From: an uncultured Ignavibacteriaceae bacterium
GTDB lineage: Bacteria; Bacteroidota; Ignavibacteria; UBA10030
Direction: 5' to 3'
Assembly (NCBI GenBank): GCA_964651225.1
Contig: CAZYYD010000004.1
Span: 8,932-72,931, forward strand
Length of the DNA: 64,000 nt
Below, in pieces: positions 1 through 11,240 of the stretch. Within the stretch, counting starts at the first letter, position 1, and the number at the start of each line of letters is the position of its first letter. Position numbers and translations under genes: made by a program. The notes beneath the pieces are model-generated. The model was not told the origin of the DNA, searched no databases, and saw nothing but the letters and a program-made list of their open reading frames with translations.

Positions 1-256
1 GATAGTAACATCCGTACCATCCCCATGCAGAACTCCATGAGGGATAGTAATAACTAAATCCGATATAGGTATGAGGATGCCACTGATCAGACTCTTCAAC
101 ATATCCTTCTTCTTGAGAAGTCGAGGGTTGCTCTGCCTGATCGTAGGTCGACTCTTCTTCGTGTATTGTTGCAACCTGTGTATAGCACCCCTGGAGAAGA
201 AATGCCATCAATCCAAGCGGAAGAAGAAGTGCGAGTATTCTTTTTGTTGTTTTCAT
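1..256 (-). CDS. putative lipoprotein, N-terminal part only (gene runs off the left edge)
   Basis: A minus-strand ATG at 256-254 gives MKTTKRILALLLPLGLMAFLLQGC..., a signal peptide plus lipobox. The frame stays open to position 1. The listed + ORF 71..262 is its antisense shadow. Confidence 0.5.
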   Translation of the reverse strand, partial: MKTTKRILALLLPLGLMAFLLQGCYTQVATIHEEESTYDQAEQPSTSQEEGYVEESDQWHPHTYIGFSYYYPSWSSAWGWYGCYY

Positions 257-425
257 AATTGACCTCATTCATTTGACACTATAGAAGTGCTCAAGTTTCT
301 TGCCAGAAAGACAATAAAGAAAAAGCCCGAATTTGGTTCGTTTTGACCAACTCCAGGCTTTTCTTCTGGATGCAAATAATATCTTTGTCTACTGCAGTAA
401 CCGTGTCTGTCCACAAACCAGTACA

Positions 426-1226
426 CTAAAATGAACCGAGGTAATCAATCTGGAGAGTTCGGTTTCCAACGTTTACATTCTCCTGGTTTTTCGATATGTT
501 TTTCAAGTCAAACCCAACGGTTAATCCCTTCCCCCATGACCATCGGAATCCGAAGTTGAGATATCCATTCCCCTTTCCAAGAGCATGGCCATGGTTATCG
601 TTCGCTGCAAAGTCATATTCGAACATCACAGAAATATCTCTGCCGATCGATTTTTCTACGCCGAGATAGAGATCCATATCTTCATCGCCATCCTCCGACT
701 CCAATGATTTATTGATCCCTCCGTGGAAACTGAGATTGCCGAACAATGCAAAATTCTTGCTGGCTGCAACATAGACGCCAGGTGATTTAATGGTGTACCG
801 CCTCAACGTATCAGCCTTAAGATATGGTTCCTTCCCTTGTGAATCAAAACCGATTGCAAGCGCAGGCATCAAGGTTCCTTCGCCGACCAGCCGAAGCTTG
901 GCGTTCATGCCGGGAAGAGGATTCATATGAATCTTATCCGGACCGATAATAGAGGTACCGCCGTACGAGATACCGAATGTAAACGGATCAAATATCCCTA
1001 CTGACAATCCGACAAGAACCCCGCCGCTCTGAAAGAAGTTCGACGAAACGGAGTACGATCCTCGCTTTAAAAGCCCTGCGGTCGGTTTATCAACGAGAAC
1101 GATAGGTTCTATCGTTGCTCCCTCACCTGCATAACTCTGCGCCTGCACGGCACTTGAGAGAGAAATACACAGAATGATAATCAAGAGGGATGAATGTATT
1201 GTTTTCAAGTGGGTCTCCTCGTTCAA
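426..1226 (-). CDS. secreted protein, probable outer-membrane beta-barrel
   Basis: It has an N-terminal signal peptide (…LSSAVQAQS), alternating Gly/aromatic beta-strand-like composition and a C-terminal …LGSF. Confidence 0.5.
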   Translation of the reverse strand: MNEETHLKTIHSSLLIIILCISLSSAVQAQSYAGEGATIEPIVLVDKPTAGLLKRGSYSVSSNFFQSGGVLVGLSVGIFDPFTFGISYGGTSIIGPDKIHMNPLPGMNAKLRLVGEGTLMPALAIGFDSQGKEPYLKADTLRRYTIKSPGVYVAASKNFALFGNLSFHGGINKSLESEDGDEDMDLYLGVEKSIGRDISVMFEYDFAANDNHGHALGKGNGYLNFGFRWSWGKGLTVGFDLKNISKNQENVNVGNRTLQIDYLGSF

Positions 1227-1234
1227 GAATAAAT

Positions 1235-2764
1235 TTAAAGATCATCCGCACCAAATACTTTACGGACACTGTTGGGCAGCTCAAGGTCCTTCCCCTTCTT
1301 CGTTTCAGTTCTCTTCTCAGGGGGCATGGAAGGTGCTTCGCCTTTCTGTACCACTTTAAAACCCTCCTCAAAAGGTAAATCATTTTCTAAAAGCTCAGTA
1401 TCAGCATTGTGCTGCCCCGAAAGCTGGAATATCGCGGCTGAGGGATGTGCAGCTAAAGGTTTTTGACTTCCGAACGATGTAAATTTCTTCATGAGCACTT
1501 GTGCTTCTTGTGCTAAATCCTCTTCTGAATATGTCAGGAGATGTTTCTCGCGGACGTAGAATTCCCCATTGATCATCACATCACTGACATGCTGTGATGT
1601 TGCTTCCTGCAGAACGACACTCAGAACTTTTTCAGCACTCTCATCTGCAAGAATCGCATGGATGCGAAAGTCTGATAAGTCCAAAAAGGTGATATCAGCT
1701 TTCTTGCCAAACTCTATCGTTCCGATCTCATCGTCGAGTCCTAATGCTTTTGCTCCATTTTTTGTGTGAAGGGCAAGCAGTTCGTAGGTCTTTTCCCCAG
1801 GTATATTGAGTGTCTTGAGCATAGATGCATAGGTCTGAATATTTTCTAAGGGCTGCGATACTCCCCAATCGCTGCCCAATGCCAGCAAGATCTTATTTCT
1901 AAATAATTCATCGAAGGGAGGAACATCCGCTCCCTTCTGGAGCATTGCGGACGGTGAGATGACTATCGGAACACCCGTCCTTCCAAGAATTTCGACATCT
2001 CCCTCCTCAAAACATGATAAATGAAGCAGCTGTACAGGAGAATCGAACACCCGATACTCTTCGTAGAGTTTTGCAATAGATTTATTGAAATTCTTTTTTA
2101 CTATATCGAACGCGCGTCTGGTTTGACCCAGGTGTAACAGAATAGGCCATTGAAGCTCACGGGCAGAACGAAGACTGGATTGAAGATTGTATGTTGTGAG
2201 ATTCTCTTCATCTGCGATGCCGAGAGCAAAGCGGATAGATTTATCCCGCATCATCTGCGCCGCTTCCATCTGATCGCCATTATGCAAACCGATGAATCCT
2301 CTCACATTCACCTGCTGCATGGACTCAAACGCTGCTTTCAATGAATGCTCGGGATTATCCATGCCGTATTCTGCCAATGTCGTAACACCAGATTTCAAAG
2401 CGGCATAATAGGATAATCGATAGAGACTCAGGAATTCTTCGTATGTGGCATCCTTCTGCAAATAGTCAAATGCGCGCTGAATGGACTGGTTCTTATTCCA
2501 TCGGGACATCTGATGTCCGGAGGTCAGATAATGCAAGATGAACGATTCACCGGTATGGTGTGCATCGATGAACCCGGGAATAAGGACTTTACCCGCAGCA
2601 TCGATAATTTCTGCAGACGGGTACATCGTTTTGAGAACCTGAGAGGGTTTCCCAAGATCGGTGATCCTGCCATTCTGAATCAGCAGTGCGATCTGGCCGG
2701 CTCGATTCTGCTTATCGCCCGTGAAGATAAATCCATTCTTAATTATTTTTATTGATCCAGTCAT
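1235..2764 (-). CDS. amidohydrolase-family metal-dependent hydrolase
   Basis: It carries the GFIDAHHTGE metal-binding HxH-type motif near the N-terminus, and the later LGSDW and FGKKADI segments are typical of amidohydrolase/chlorohydrolase folds. Confidence 0.7.
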   Translation of the reverse strand: MTGSIKIIKNGFIFTGDKQNRAGQIALLIQNGRITDLGKPSQVLKTMYPSAEIIDAAGKVLIPGFIDAHHTGESFILHYLTSGHQMSRWNKNQSIQRAFDYLQKDATYEEFLSLYRLSYYAALKSGVTTLAEYGMDNPEHSLKAAFESMQQVNVRGFIGLHNGDQMEAAQMMRDKSIRFALGIADEENLTTYNLQSSLRSARELQWPILLHLGQTRRAFDIVKKNFNKSIAKLYEEYRVFDSPVQLLHLSCFEEGDVEILGRTGVPIVISPSAMLQKGADVPPFDELFRNKILLALGSDWGVSQPLENIQTYASMLKTLNIPGEKTYELLALHTKNGAKALGLDDEIGTIEFGKKADITFLDLSDFRIHAILADESAEKVLSVVLQEATSQHVSDVMINGEFYVREKHLLTYSEEDLAQEAQVLMKKFTSFGSQKPLAAHPSAAIFQLSGQHNADTELLENDLPFEEGFKVVQKGEAPSMPPEKRTETKKGKDLELPNSVRKVFGADDL

Positions 2765-2772
2765 CGTGTATG

Positions 2773-4227
2773 TTATGCCTTACGCCAGCTGGTGCCTTCT
2801 TTTTTATCTTCTATAACAAAACCAGCTGCTGTTAAACCATCGCGAATGACATCAGAGAGTGTCCAGAGTTTTTGTTTTCTCACTTCCGACCGGACCTGGA
2901 GAATCAACTGCATAAGTTCTGATTCTCTTCTTGTATCACCAACAGGTTGGGTAAACGTGCCTGGCAATACTCCCAGCACTTCACCTCCCATGGAATCAAA
3001 GAATAATTCAATCTCTTTGAGAGCATGAATATTCAATTTCTGTTCCGAATTGAGTGCCTGGTTTAATTCACGAACGACGTCGAAGAGAACGCCCACCGCT
3101 AAAGGTGTATTGAAATCATCTTCCATCGCATCCAGAAAACGTTTTTTATGCAGTGTAAGATCGAAATTCACTCCGGCATTCCTCTGTTCACTTTCAGCCT
3201 TCTGAAGTTCTTGCCGGAGATTCCGGAGCGTGTTTAAGAGTTTTTCATATCCTACTTTTGCCGCTTCCACGGCTTCATCACTGAAATCCAGCGTACTTCG
3301 ATAATGGCTTTGCAGGATGAAGAACCTTACAATAAGCGGATCATATTTTTTATAAGCATCCTTGAGGGTTATAAAATTCCCTAGGGATTTGGACATTTTC
3401 TTTCCACCCACGGTCACGAGATTATTGTGAATCCAGTATTTTACAAAGAGCTTTCCTGTGGCAGCTTCACTTTGTGCAATTTCACATTCATGATGCGGGA
3501 ACTGGTTATCCATGCCTCCACCGTGGATATCGAACGTCTCGCCGAGATATTTCATCGACATAGCGGAACATTCAATGTGCCATCCGGGAAATCCTTCACC
3601 CCAAGGACTCGGCCAGCGCATGATGTGTCCCCCCTCTGCCTTTTTCCAAAGAGCAAAATCTGCCGGATGACGTTTCTCAGAGCGTGATTCGACACGAATC
3701 CCTCCCACGGATTCTTCCAGCACCCGTCCGGAAAGCTTCCCATAATTCTTGAATTTCTGAACATCATAATATACAGAACCATCGACTTCATAGGCATAAC
3801 CGCTTTCCACAAGCCGCTTGATGATTTCAATTTGTTCGACGATATGCCCCGATGCCCGTGGAGAGATATCGGCTCGAATGATCCCCAGTTTATCCATATC
3901 TTCGAAATAACTCTTCGTCATCAACTCGGCAATCTCCATGGGATGCACTCGATCAAGCCGCGCCTGCTTGACAAGTTTATCTTCTCCTTCATCGGCATCA
4001 TCGGTGAGGTGCCCGACATCGGTAATATTCTGAATATACAGGACCTTATATTCGAGATACCGCAGAAACCGGAGGATGATGTCAAAAGAGACATAGCTTT
4101 TCCCGTGACCGATATGCGAATGACTGTAGACGGTAGGTCCGCAGACATACATCCCAACGAATCCCTGATGAAGCGGGATAAATTCCTCTTTTTGACGGGC
4201 AAGTGTGTTATAGATTTGAAGAGCCAT
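2773..4227 (-). CDS. cysS: cysteinyl-tRNA synthetase
   Basis: It has the class I HIGH motif (HIGHGKSY), the KMSKS motif (KMSKSLGN), [19 protein letters not shown], and a length of about 480 aa. Confidence 0.95.
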   Translation of the reverse strand: MALQIYNTLARQKEEFIPLHQGFVGMYVCGPTVYSHSHIGHGKSYVSFDIILRFLRYLEYKVLYIQNITDVGHLTDDADEGEDKLVKQARLDRVHPMEIAELMTKSYFEDMDKLGIIRADISPRASGHIVEQIEIIKRLVESGYAYEVDGSVYYDVQKFKNYGKLSGRVLEESVGGIRVESRSEKRHPADFALWKKAEGGHIMRWPSPWGEGFPGWHIECSAMSMKYLGETFDIHGGGMDNQFPHHECEIAQSEAATGKLFVKYWIHNNLVTVGGKKMSKSLGNFITLKDAYKKYDPLIVRFFILQSHYRSTLDFSDEAVEAAKVGYEKLLNTLRNLRQELQKAESEQRNAGVNFDLTLHKKRFLDAMEDDFNTPLAVGVLFDVVRELNQALNSEQKLNIHALKEIELFFDSMGGEVLGVLPGTFTQPVGDTRRESELMQLILQVRSEVRKQKLWTLSDVIRDGLTAAGFVIEDKKEGTSWRKA

Positions 4228-4677
4228 AGCTTATCAGGGTTTAAGTATTGGACCTTATCCGACGTTCTTGATCTTCTTCCAACTTCTTTCTTTTACGTTT
4301 GAAACAAAGCTATTATTTTTTTTTCTTCAGAAAGCAATTGAAGAAGATGGTTAATTATTTTATGAAATAAGATTTACATTTTCAGCAATCGACAACTGTG
4401 TTTCAAGTTCATAAGCTGAGCCAATCGCAGTCTCTAAGAACCTCTTGAAATCAGGTTCACTATTCCTCCACCATCCTTCAGCAATGTCTGATAGGACAGA
4501 ATCTCCTGCTCGCAGTCATGGACTCTTCAATCCATAAGTTTCATTCTTACGCAATAAAGATGTCAGCTCATAGATACGAACGATAATCTCTATTGCTTTT
4601 CCCCATATCATAAAGCCTCAATAATTTCTCATTCTCGTACCTATAACCGATAACCTATAACTTTTTTCCCCTTATCC

Positions 4678-6429
4678 TTATTTCATCCCGATTAATTCTC
4701 GAGCGCCGTTCATGCTCGCCTCAGTTATCTCTTCTCCGCTGAGAAGCCTGGCAACCTCACGAATTCGTTCCTCTTCCGTCAATTTTCGGATGGTCGAAGA
4801 AGTGCGATTCTTCGTTTCACTCTTCTCCACGGAAAAATGATAATCAGCAAAACCGGCAATCTGCGGCAGGTGTGTTATTGCAATGACCTGATGAAACTGC
4901 GAAAGGCCTTTCAAACTTTTTCCAACGACCTGAGCAACTCTTCCGCTGATACCAACATCAATTTCATCGAAAACAAGAAGAGGCAATCGGTCCGCTTTTG
5001 CGAGGATTGTTTTTAACGCCAGCATAATGCGCGATATTTCACCGCCGGAGGCAACTTTGGCCAGGGGCTTGAGATCCTCGCCAATATTCGTCGAGAGATG
5101 AAATTCTACTACATCAATCCCGCTGGGTGTTGCCTCATACGAATCGCGCCCGAGTCTAACATATGCACTTGCAGCTTCCCCGTCCACAGCTCCTACGACA
5201 TGGTTTTCAATCTTCACGTCGAACTGAGCATTCGCAATGCCCAGCTTTGCCAATTCAGTACAAACTGAAGTGCTGATTTTTCCCACGAGTTCACGCCGCT
5301 TCGTTGAAAGCCGCTGTGCAGCAGCAGAACAGAGTTTTCGTTCAGAGTTAATGTGTTCTTTCAGTTTCTTGACTTCATTCTCAAAGTTCTCCGCCATCGC
5401 AAACTCTTTACCGATGTTCTCGCGGTGCCGGATTACCGCATCGAGGGAACCGCCGTATTTCTTCTTGAGGAGTGTGATGTGGCCAAGACGCTCCCGGATC
5501 TGTTCCAGCCGTTCCGGATTGAATTCGATTTTCGAATTATAGGTCTGAATAAACTTTGTTAGCTCGCCGATGATTGCCGCGGCAGAAGCACATTCATTTT
5601 TCGAATCCTCAAACGCATTGTCAATCTCAGCAAGATCTTCCAGTTGATTCCGCGCCTTGACCAGCAGGTCGTACACCGATTCTCCGCCGCCATTCTCCGG
5701 TCCCTGTCGGCCGGGATCACCTTCATACAACGATTGATAAAGCTGTGACGTTGCGTCAAAAAGCTTTTCCGAGTTCTCCAGAATGCGCAGTTCGTTTTCC
5801 AGGTTCCCTTCTTCACCTACCCGCGGATGAACAGCATCAATTTCGTTGATCTGGAATTCGTAGAGGTCGTGTTTTTCCCTCAGCTCTTTTTCTTTTCGCG
5901 AGAGCGACCGAATCTCTGCAAACAGAGATGTAAGACGGTCATAGGAGATACGGTATTCCGCAGTTAAACCCTCCAGACTGCCAAATTCATCAAGCAGTCC
6001 AATATGCGTCTCCGCCCGAAGCAATGATTGATGCTCATGTTGACCATGAAGATCGACGAGATAATCGCCCAACTCCTTGAGTATTGCAAGTGAGACCGGT
6101 GAGTCATTGACAAAACAACGCGATTGACCTTTGAGAGAGGCTTCACGTCTTAAAATGAGATCTTCTTCCCCTTCAATCTCATGCTGTTGAAGCAGTGCTT
6201 TTACCTTGTGGTTACCGGCGATTCCGAAAACTCCTTCTACCGTCGTTTTCTCACTCCCTTTCCGAACAACATCGGCACTGGCCCGGTCGCCGAGAATGAG
6301 ACTCATTGCATCGATAATAATCGATTTACCCGCACCGGTTTCACCGGTCAGAATATTCAATCCGCTCTCGAATTCTATTTCCACAAATTCGATGAGGGCA
6401 TAATTTCGGATAAGAAGAGATTTGAGCAT
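4678..6429 (-). CDS. recN: DNA repair protein RecN
   Basis: It has the N-terminal Walker A GETGAGKSIIIDA, a long coiled-coil middle, the C-terminal SGGE signature and LLVFDEIDVGISG, and a length of about 580 aa. Confidence 0.93.
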   Translation of the reverse strand: MLKSLLIRNYALIEFVEIEFESGLNILTGETGAGKSIIIDAMSLILGDRASADVVRKGSEKTTVEGVFGIAGNHKVKALLQQHEIEGEEDLILRREASLKGQSRCFVNDSPVSLAILKELGDYLVDLHGQHEHQSLLRAETHIGLLDEFGSLEGLTAEYRISYDRLTSLFAEIRSLSRKEKELREKHDLYEFQINEIDAVHPRVGEEGNLENELRILENSEKLFDATSQLYQSLYEGDPGRQGPENGGGESVYDLLVKARNQLEDLAEIDNAFEDSKNECASAAAIIGELTKFIQTYNSKIEFNPERLEQIRERLGHITLLKKKYGGSLDAVIRHRENIGKEFAMAENFENEVKKLKEHINSERKLCSAAAQRLSTKRRELVGKISTSVCTELAKLGIANAQFDVKIENHVVGAVDGEAASAYVRLGRDSYEATPSGIDVVEFHLSTNIGEDLKPLAKVASGGEISRIMLALKTILAKADRLPLLVFDEIDVGISGRVAQVVGKSLKGLSQFHQVIAITHLPQIAGFADYHFSVEKSETKNRTSSTIRKLTEEERIREVARLLSGEEITEASMNGARELIGMK

Positions 6430-6507
6430 GCCTATTCGTTCAAATGTAAGGAAAAAAGATGGAATTTCAATGAGAATGAGAGAAGGAACTGAAAAGAGGT
6501 GCGAACA

Positions 6508-7341
6508 TTAGTTCCGGGAAGAATCTGCCGGATCAACATCGAAGAACCGAATTTCCGGAACATCACCGATCACGCCATGGAAAAATGCATATTGAATAAA
6601 CTCGGCGAGACTCTCTTCTTCTTTCTCACCGAAGTCATAGGAAAACATTGAACAGTATTCCGTCATCTCATCGAACGACCGGTTGTACTTGCGTGCTAAA
6701 GTTTGAACTATCTGGGTTTTAAACAGGATACCGTCAGCCTTTGCTGCGTATAATGCTGCTACCTCCGCTTCAGCCAGTTCTTCCTCACGTCCCACCCAAA
6801 ACCCATGGATATAGGGTAAATCGATTAAATCATTCCATTCTTCTACAAGGTCCAGCATGTAGCACTCTCGCCGGTCATAAATCGCTGACACATCATTGAC
6901 GATCAAGGCGGCATCAGCTTTGTCCAGCATGACGTCGAGGTCCGGCATCAGCGGAATAAACTGCAGATTTTCGTGGTCTGGCTGATTGCGGTATTTTTCC
7001 GACAGAATGATCTTTGTAAGAATGATTTCCGAAGTATATCGGACATCGACGGCAATTCGTTCGATATTACGTACATTCGATTTTAGGTAAAGCTGGATGG
7101 TGTTGGACCGCAGAGAGGACGCAGCACAGATACGCGGTACAATGCAGTATTCACCGCCATGTCTTGCATAGTCAATCGGAGATAAAAAAGCGCTCCGAAT
7201 TTCTTCTGAACGCCCGCTGAGTTTCAGAGCATTCTTGGCCGGAATATCGGAGGCTAACTCAAATGGGGAGTCTGCACGTTCCAATCCAAACAGGAGTGGC
7301 TTCAGGTACAGGGCCTCTGACACTGCCAGCCGAGATTTCAT
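6508..7341 (-). CDS. MqnA/MqnD-family protein (futalosine menaquinone pathway, chorismate dehydratase-like)
   Basis: The N-terminal YLKPLLFGLE… and FLSPIDYAR segments and the ~275 aa size resemble the MqnA family. This is a motif-level call only. Confidence 0.55.
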   Translation of the reverse strand: MKSRLAVSEALYLKPLLFGLERADSPFELASDIPAKNALKLSGRSEEIRSAFLSPIDYARHGGEYCIVPRICAASSLRSNTIQLYLKSNVRNIERIAVDVRYTSEIILTKIILSEKYRNQPDHENLQFIPLMPDLDVMLDKADAALIVNDVSAIYDRRECYMLDLVEEWNDLIDLPYIHGFWVGREEELAEAEVAALYAAKADGILFKTQIVQTLARKYNRSFDEMTEYCSMFSYDFGEKEEESLAEFIQYAFFHGVIGDVPEIRFFDVDPADSSRN

Positions 7342-7682
7342 CAGGCATTGGTTTTTTGTGCAACTGCCTTTGTCGCAAGATCACGGATATAATAGATCTT
7401 TGACCGACGAACTCTGCCATCCTTCACTTTTTCTATTTTTGCAATGCGAGGAGAATGCAGGGGAAAAATGCGCTCGACACCGACACCATCGGAGATCTTC
7501 CGGACAGTAAAGGTCGCGTTCACTCCAGACCCGCGCTGCCCGATGACTATGCCCTGAAATTCCTGGATGCGTTCTTTGTCGCCTTCCTTGACCTTCACAT
7601 GCACGTTGACGATATCGCCGGATCTAAATTTGGGGTTATCAGTTTTCAGTTGAGTTGCCTCAACAAGTTTTAACTTATCCAT
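7341..7682 (-). CDS. rplS: 50S ribosomal protein L19
   Basis: The sequence [29 protein letters not shown]…[10 protein letters not shown] is characteristic. The ATG at 7682 is preceded by GGAG, and the longer track ORF begins at a TTG. Confidence 0.93.
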   Translation of the reverse strand: MDKLKLVEATQLKTDNPKFRSGDIVNVHVKVKEGDKERIQEFQGIVIGQRGSGVNATFTVRKISDGVGVERIFPLHSPRIAKIEKVKDGRVRRSKIYYIRDLATKAVAQKTNA

Positions 7683-7744
7683 TGTTTTTTTTACTCCACT
7701 CAATCGAGGTACTGTGTATTATTTTGCTTAAAAAATAAATCTCT

Positions 7745-8428
7745 TTACTCTGAAGCGAACGTACTGCCGCGCAGCTTCTTCGTTCTGCGTTCGCGCTGAG
7801 CCTGGCGCCATCGATCGATCTCTTTATGATCACCCGAAAGCAGCACTTCCGGCACTTTCATCCCGCGAAAATCCAACGGACGCGTGTACTGCGGGCTGCC
7901 GAGCAGACCATCCTGGAACGAATCTGTCAAAGCGGACTCGCCATCATTCAGTACTCCGGGAATCAACCGTACGACGGCGTCCACGACAACAATCGCGGCC
8001 AATTCACCCCCTGTGAGAACATAGTTGCCGATGGAAATTTCACGGGTGACCAGCACTTCTCGAACCCGCTGGTCGATACCTTTGTAATGGCCGCACAACA
8101 TTATCAGATTCGTTTTCAGTGAGAACTCGGTTGCGATCTTTTGAGTCAACACTTCACCATCTGCAGCTAAAAAAACGACATCATCGTAGGGACGCTGGGA
8201 TCGCAAGGTTTCCACACATTCAAAGAACGGCTCCGGCTTCATCACCATCCCTGCTCCACCGCCATATGGTGTATCATCCAGGGTATGGTGTTTATCGTGC
8301 GTATAGGTACGGAGATCATGGACAACGATCTCGACAACTTTCTTTTCTTGCGCCCGTTTCAGGATGCTTTCCTGCAGCGGACTTTCCAGCAGTTTCGGCA
8401 GCCCTGTAACAATGTCGATACGCATCAA
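7745..8428 (-). CDS. trmD: tRNA (guanine37-N1)-methyltransferase
   Basis: It has RIDIVTGLP…DDTPYGGGAGMVMKPEP…GHYKGIDQRV…SIGNYVLTGGE, and sits in the conserved rpsP-rimM-trmD-rplS context. Confidence 0.93.
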   Translation of the reverse strand: MMRIDIVTGLPKLLESPLQESILKRAQEKKVVEIVVHDLRTYTHDKHHTLDDTPYGGGAGMVMKPEPFFECVETLRSQRPYDDVVFLAADGEVLTQKIATEFSLKTNLIMLCGHYKGIDQRVREVLVTREISIGNYVLTGGELAAIVVVDAVVRLIPGVLNDGESALTDSFQDGLLGSPQYTRPLDFRGMKVPEVLLSGDHKEIDRWRQAQRERRTKKLRGSTFASE

Positions 8429-8973
8429 TGAAGCAGCCCTTCCAGAGCATGAATCGTGATGCGTTTCTGCTCTACATCGACATGTCGTATAATTGCCTTA
8501 ACCGCCGGAATCAAAATTTCCTTTGCACCATTCCGGATAACCCAGACATCCTGGGCCGGAAGCGAAAGCAGATCGATCACTTTTCCAATATGGTTCTGCT
8601 CTTCGGTCACAACTTCACATCCGATCACATCGTCAACAAAGTAGCTCCCGGTTCGAAGCTGTGCAATGTTTGCTTTTGGAACAAACACATAGTGATCTCG
8701 AAACTTATCTGCTTTCTCCACGGTGTCCACACCGCGAAGAGTCAGCACCACCTGTTTTGCATCGATTCGAACAACCTCAATATCCCGCTGTTCCGCTGCA
8801 ACTTCATTTTCTCCTACCCAAACAGACTGCAGATCGGAAAAACGCTGCTTGTCTTCTGTGAAGGGGAGAATTTTTACTTCACCCCGTGTTCCAATCGGTT
8901 TGGCTATTCTTCCGATCGCAATCAGTTCCATACACAACATCTTCTCTCTCTCGGGAGAACGCCTGTTTTTCAT
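8425..8973 (-). CDS. rimM: 16S rRNA processing protein RimM
   Basis: It has IAIGRIAKPIGTRGEVKILPFTED plus a PRC-barrel C-terminus, and lies between rpsP/KH and trmD. The exact start is uncertain. Confidence 0.85.
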   Translation of the reverse strand: MKNRRSPEREKMLCMELIAIGRIAKPIGTRGEVKILPFTEDKQRFSDLQSVWVGENEVAAEQRDIEVVRIDAKQVVLTLRGVDTVEKADKFRDHYVFVPKANIAQLRTGSYFVDDVIGCEVVTEEQNHIGKVIDLLSLPAQDVWVIRNGAKEILIPAVKAIIRHVDVEQKRITIHALEGLLH

Positions 8974-8982
8974 GCGGGAAGG

Positions 8983-9213
8983 TTACCCAATGATATCCAA
9001 GACCGCCCGTTTCCCCTCTTTTGCAGCAACGGCTTTCAAGAGAACGCGCAGGGAAGTTGCTGTTTGCCCGCGTCTGCCGATAACTTTCCCGATCTCTCCT
9101 TCTGCTACCTTGAGCTTGAAGATGTGCTTGTTTTCTTTCTCTTCCAGCTCGATGATAACGCTTTCCGGATGATCCACTAAATGTTTTACAACGAACTCCA
9201 GGAATTCCTTCAT
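8983..9213 (-). CDS. KH-domain RNA-binding protein (YlqC/UPF0109 family)
   Basis: It has the GKVIGRRGQTA GXXG KH motif, is 76 aa long, and occupies the conserved position between rpsP and rimM. Confidence 0.8.
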   Translation of the reverse strand: MKEFLEFVVKHLVDHPESVIIELEEKENKHIFKLKVAEGEIGKVIGRRGQTATSLRVLLKAVAAKEGKRAVLDIIG

Positions 9214-9433
9214 CGTTCCACCTCCCGCAAAGAATCTCGACTGTTCCGGCTTCTGCCTGGATTCTTGGACCCGTGCAATCCCAGTCTACAGCCAACTTTT
9301 CTGTGGAAAGCTTGTTAGTGCTGTACTGCCGCACTAGCCGTGGATTATTGAACTATTGTGAAAAACAACTCAATCCATCAACATCCCGATGATGGAAGAA
9401 CCATCGCATGGTCCCTCAGCAATACTGTCAGTG

Positions 9434-9856
9434 TTACGCAACGGTCGGTGTAGGTGCCGGAGCCTCTGCTGGCATAGCAGCTTTTTTCTTCCGTTCCACA
9501 CGACGTGCTTTCCGATCGGCTTCACGTTTTGGTTTCTCATCTTGAAGCATTTGCCAGCGCTCCATCACACTCTTCACGACCGCTTCATCTTTCCCCTGTC
9601 GAGTCAAGGTCCAGTGCAGCCAGAATCCATTCCGTCGAAGCAGTGAACGTACGGTGTCGGTCGGCTGTGCACCTTTCCGAAGCCAGTATTCAATACGCGG
9701 CTCCTTCAGGTGTAACGTAATGGGATTGGTGTGAGGATCGTACTGACCAAGGGCTTCAAGATATCCACCGTCGCGGGGAGCCCGGGAATCTGTCGCAACC
9801 AATTTATAGATAGGATGCTTCTTCTTGCCTTCTCTCCGCATTCGAATTTTAACCAC
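9434..9856 (-). CDS. rpsP: 30S ribosomal protein S16 (with basic C-terminal extension)
   Basis: It begins MVKIRMRREGKKKHPIYKLVATDSRAPRDGGYLEALGQYDP. Confidence 0.93.
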   Translation of the reverse strand: MVKIRMRREGKKKHPIYKLVATDSRAPRDGGYLEALGQYDPHTNPITLHLKEPRIEYWLRKGAQPTDTVRSLLRRNGFWLHWTLTRQGKDEAVVKSVMERWQMLQDEKPKREADRKARRVERKKKAAMPAEAPAPTPTVA

Positions 9857-9911
9857 TGTTCTTACTCCTGTGTTTAACGTGAATCTGTTACGATATCGTT
9901 ATTTTGAATTC

Positions 9912-11240
9912 CTAATTTTTAGGGAACTGCATTCCCCGCATCGCCCGGTGCATATTTCCCTTGCTAAATCGCTTCATCATCTTCTGCATCTCTTCAAATT
10001 GTTTCAGCAACCGGTTAACATCTTGTACCGTTGTACCGCTTCCAATCGCAATGCGGCGGCGCCTGTTTCCATTGAGAAGGGATGGACGCACTCTCTCCTC
10101 TGCCGTCATCGATTGAATGATCGCTTCAACGCGTACGAGATTTTTCTCATCTATCTCGGTGTCTGCTGGAAGCCGGTTCATCCCGGGAATCATTCCCATA
10201 ACCTGGCCGAGCGATCCCATCTTCTTGACCTCCCGGAGTTGATCGAGAAAATCTTCGAATGTGAATTGCGATTTCCTCAGTTTTTCTTCGAGCTTGACCG
10301 CTTTCGCTTCATCAAAGTGCTCCTGGGCCTTTTCAACAAGCGTGAGAATATCTCCCATGCCCAGAATACGCGAAGCGATGCGATCCGGAAAAAACGGTTC
10401 CAGCGCATCCAGCTTCTCGCCGATACCAATGAACTTTATCGGTTTTTGAACGACTGCACGAATGGACAGTGCTGCACCGCCGCGGCTGTCACCATCAAGT
10501 TTTGTCAGAACAACGCCATCAAACTTCAGACGCTCATGAAACGCCCGTGCAGTATTGACGGCATCCTGACCGGTCATCGCGTCGACCACGAACAGGATTT
10601 CATGCGGTTGTGTGATGTCACGAACCGCTTCAACTTCCTTCATCATTTCTTCATCGACATGCAAACGGCCGGCAGTATCGATGATAACCGTATCTCGAAC
10701 ATTTTTCCGCGCGAAGTGAACAGAATCTTCGGCAATTTTTTTAGCTCCCGCTCCTCGATCCGAGTACACGGGAATCTCGAGCTGCTTTCCCAGCATTTCC
10801 AACTGGTCGATGGCCGCCGGACGATGGACATCCGCTGCCACCAATAACGGGAACCTTCCCTTTTGTTTGAGAAGGTTTGCCAGTTTTGCAGAAAATGTGG
10901 TTTTTCCCGACCCCTGCAGTCCCGCCACAAGAATAACTGTCGGCGGAGTATTCGCAGAAGCGACTTCAGCCCTGGATTCACCCAGCAACTTCACCATCTC
11001 ATCATGAATAATCTTGATAATGAGTTGGCCCGGCGTTATGCTTGTGAGGACATCCTGCCCCACAGCCCGCCGTTGAACATCTTCAATGAACTGCTTAACA
11101 ACCTTATAGTTCACATCCGCGTCAAGCAGCGCGCGGCGCACTTCGCGCAAGGATTCCTCAATATTCTGAGGTGTAATCTTCCCCTGCCCGCGAAGTTTCT
11201 TAAATGCTGTTTCTAACTTCTGGGTAAGGCTTTCGAACAT
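9912..11240 (-). CDS. ffh: signal recognition particle protein Ffh
   Basis: It has GLQGSGKTTF, DTAGR and LTKLDGD GTPase motifs and a Met-rich M domain. Confidence 0.95.
   Translation of the reverse strand: MFESLTQKLETAFKKLRGQGKITPQNIEESLREVRRALLDADVNYKVVKQFIEDVQRRAVGQDVLTSITPGQLIIKIIHDEMVKLLGESRAEVASANTPPTVILVAGLQGSGKTTFSAKLANLLKQKGRFPLLVAADVHRPAAIDQLEMLGKQLEIPVYSDRGAGAKKIAEDSVHFARKNVRDTVIIDTAGRLHVDEEMMKEVEAVRDITQPHEILFVVDAMTGQDAVNTARAFHERLKFDGVVLTKLDGDSRGGAALSIRAVVQKPIKFIGIGEKLDALEPFFPDRIASRILGMGDILTLVEKAQEHFDEAKAVKLEEKLRKSQFTFEDFLDQLREVKKMGSLGQVMGMIPGMNRLPADTEIDEKNLVRVEAIIQSMTAEERVRPSLLNGNRRRRIAIGSGTTVQDVNRLLKQFEEMQKMMKRFSKGNMHRAMRGMQFPKN

Noticed and set aside
71-262. Plus-strand ORF of 63 aa at the left edge.
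   Set aside because: The opposite strand encodes a much more convincing lipoprotein N-terminus with a signal peptide and lipobox.
8428-10847. Long plus-strand ORFs (8428..9180, 250 aa; 9825..10847, 340 aa) opposite rimM/KH and ffh.
   Set aside because: They are antisense shadows of strongly supported minus-strand genes. Their translations are low-complexity and have no motifs.
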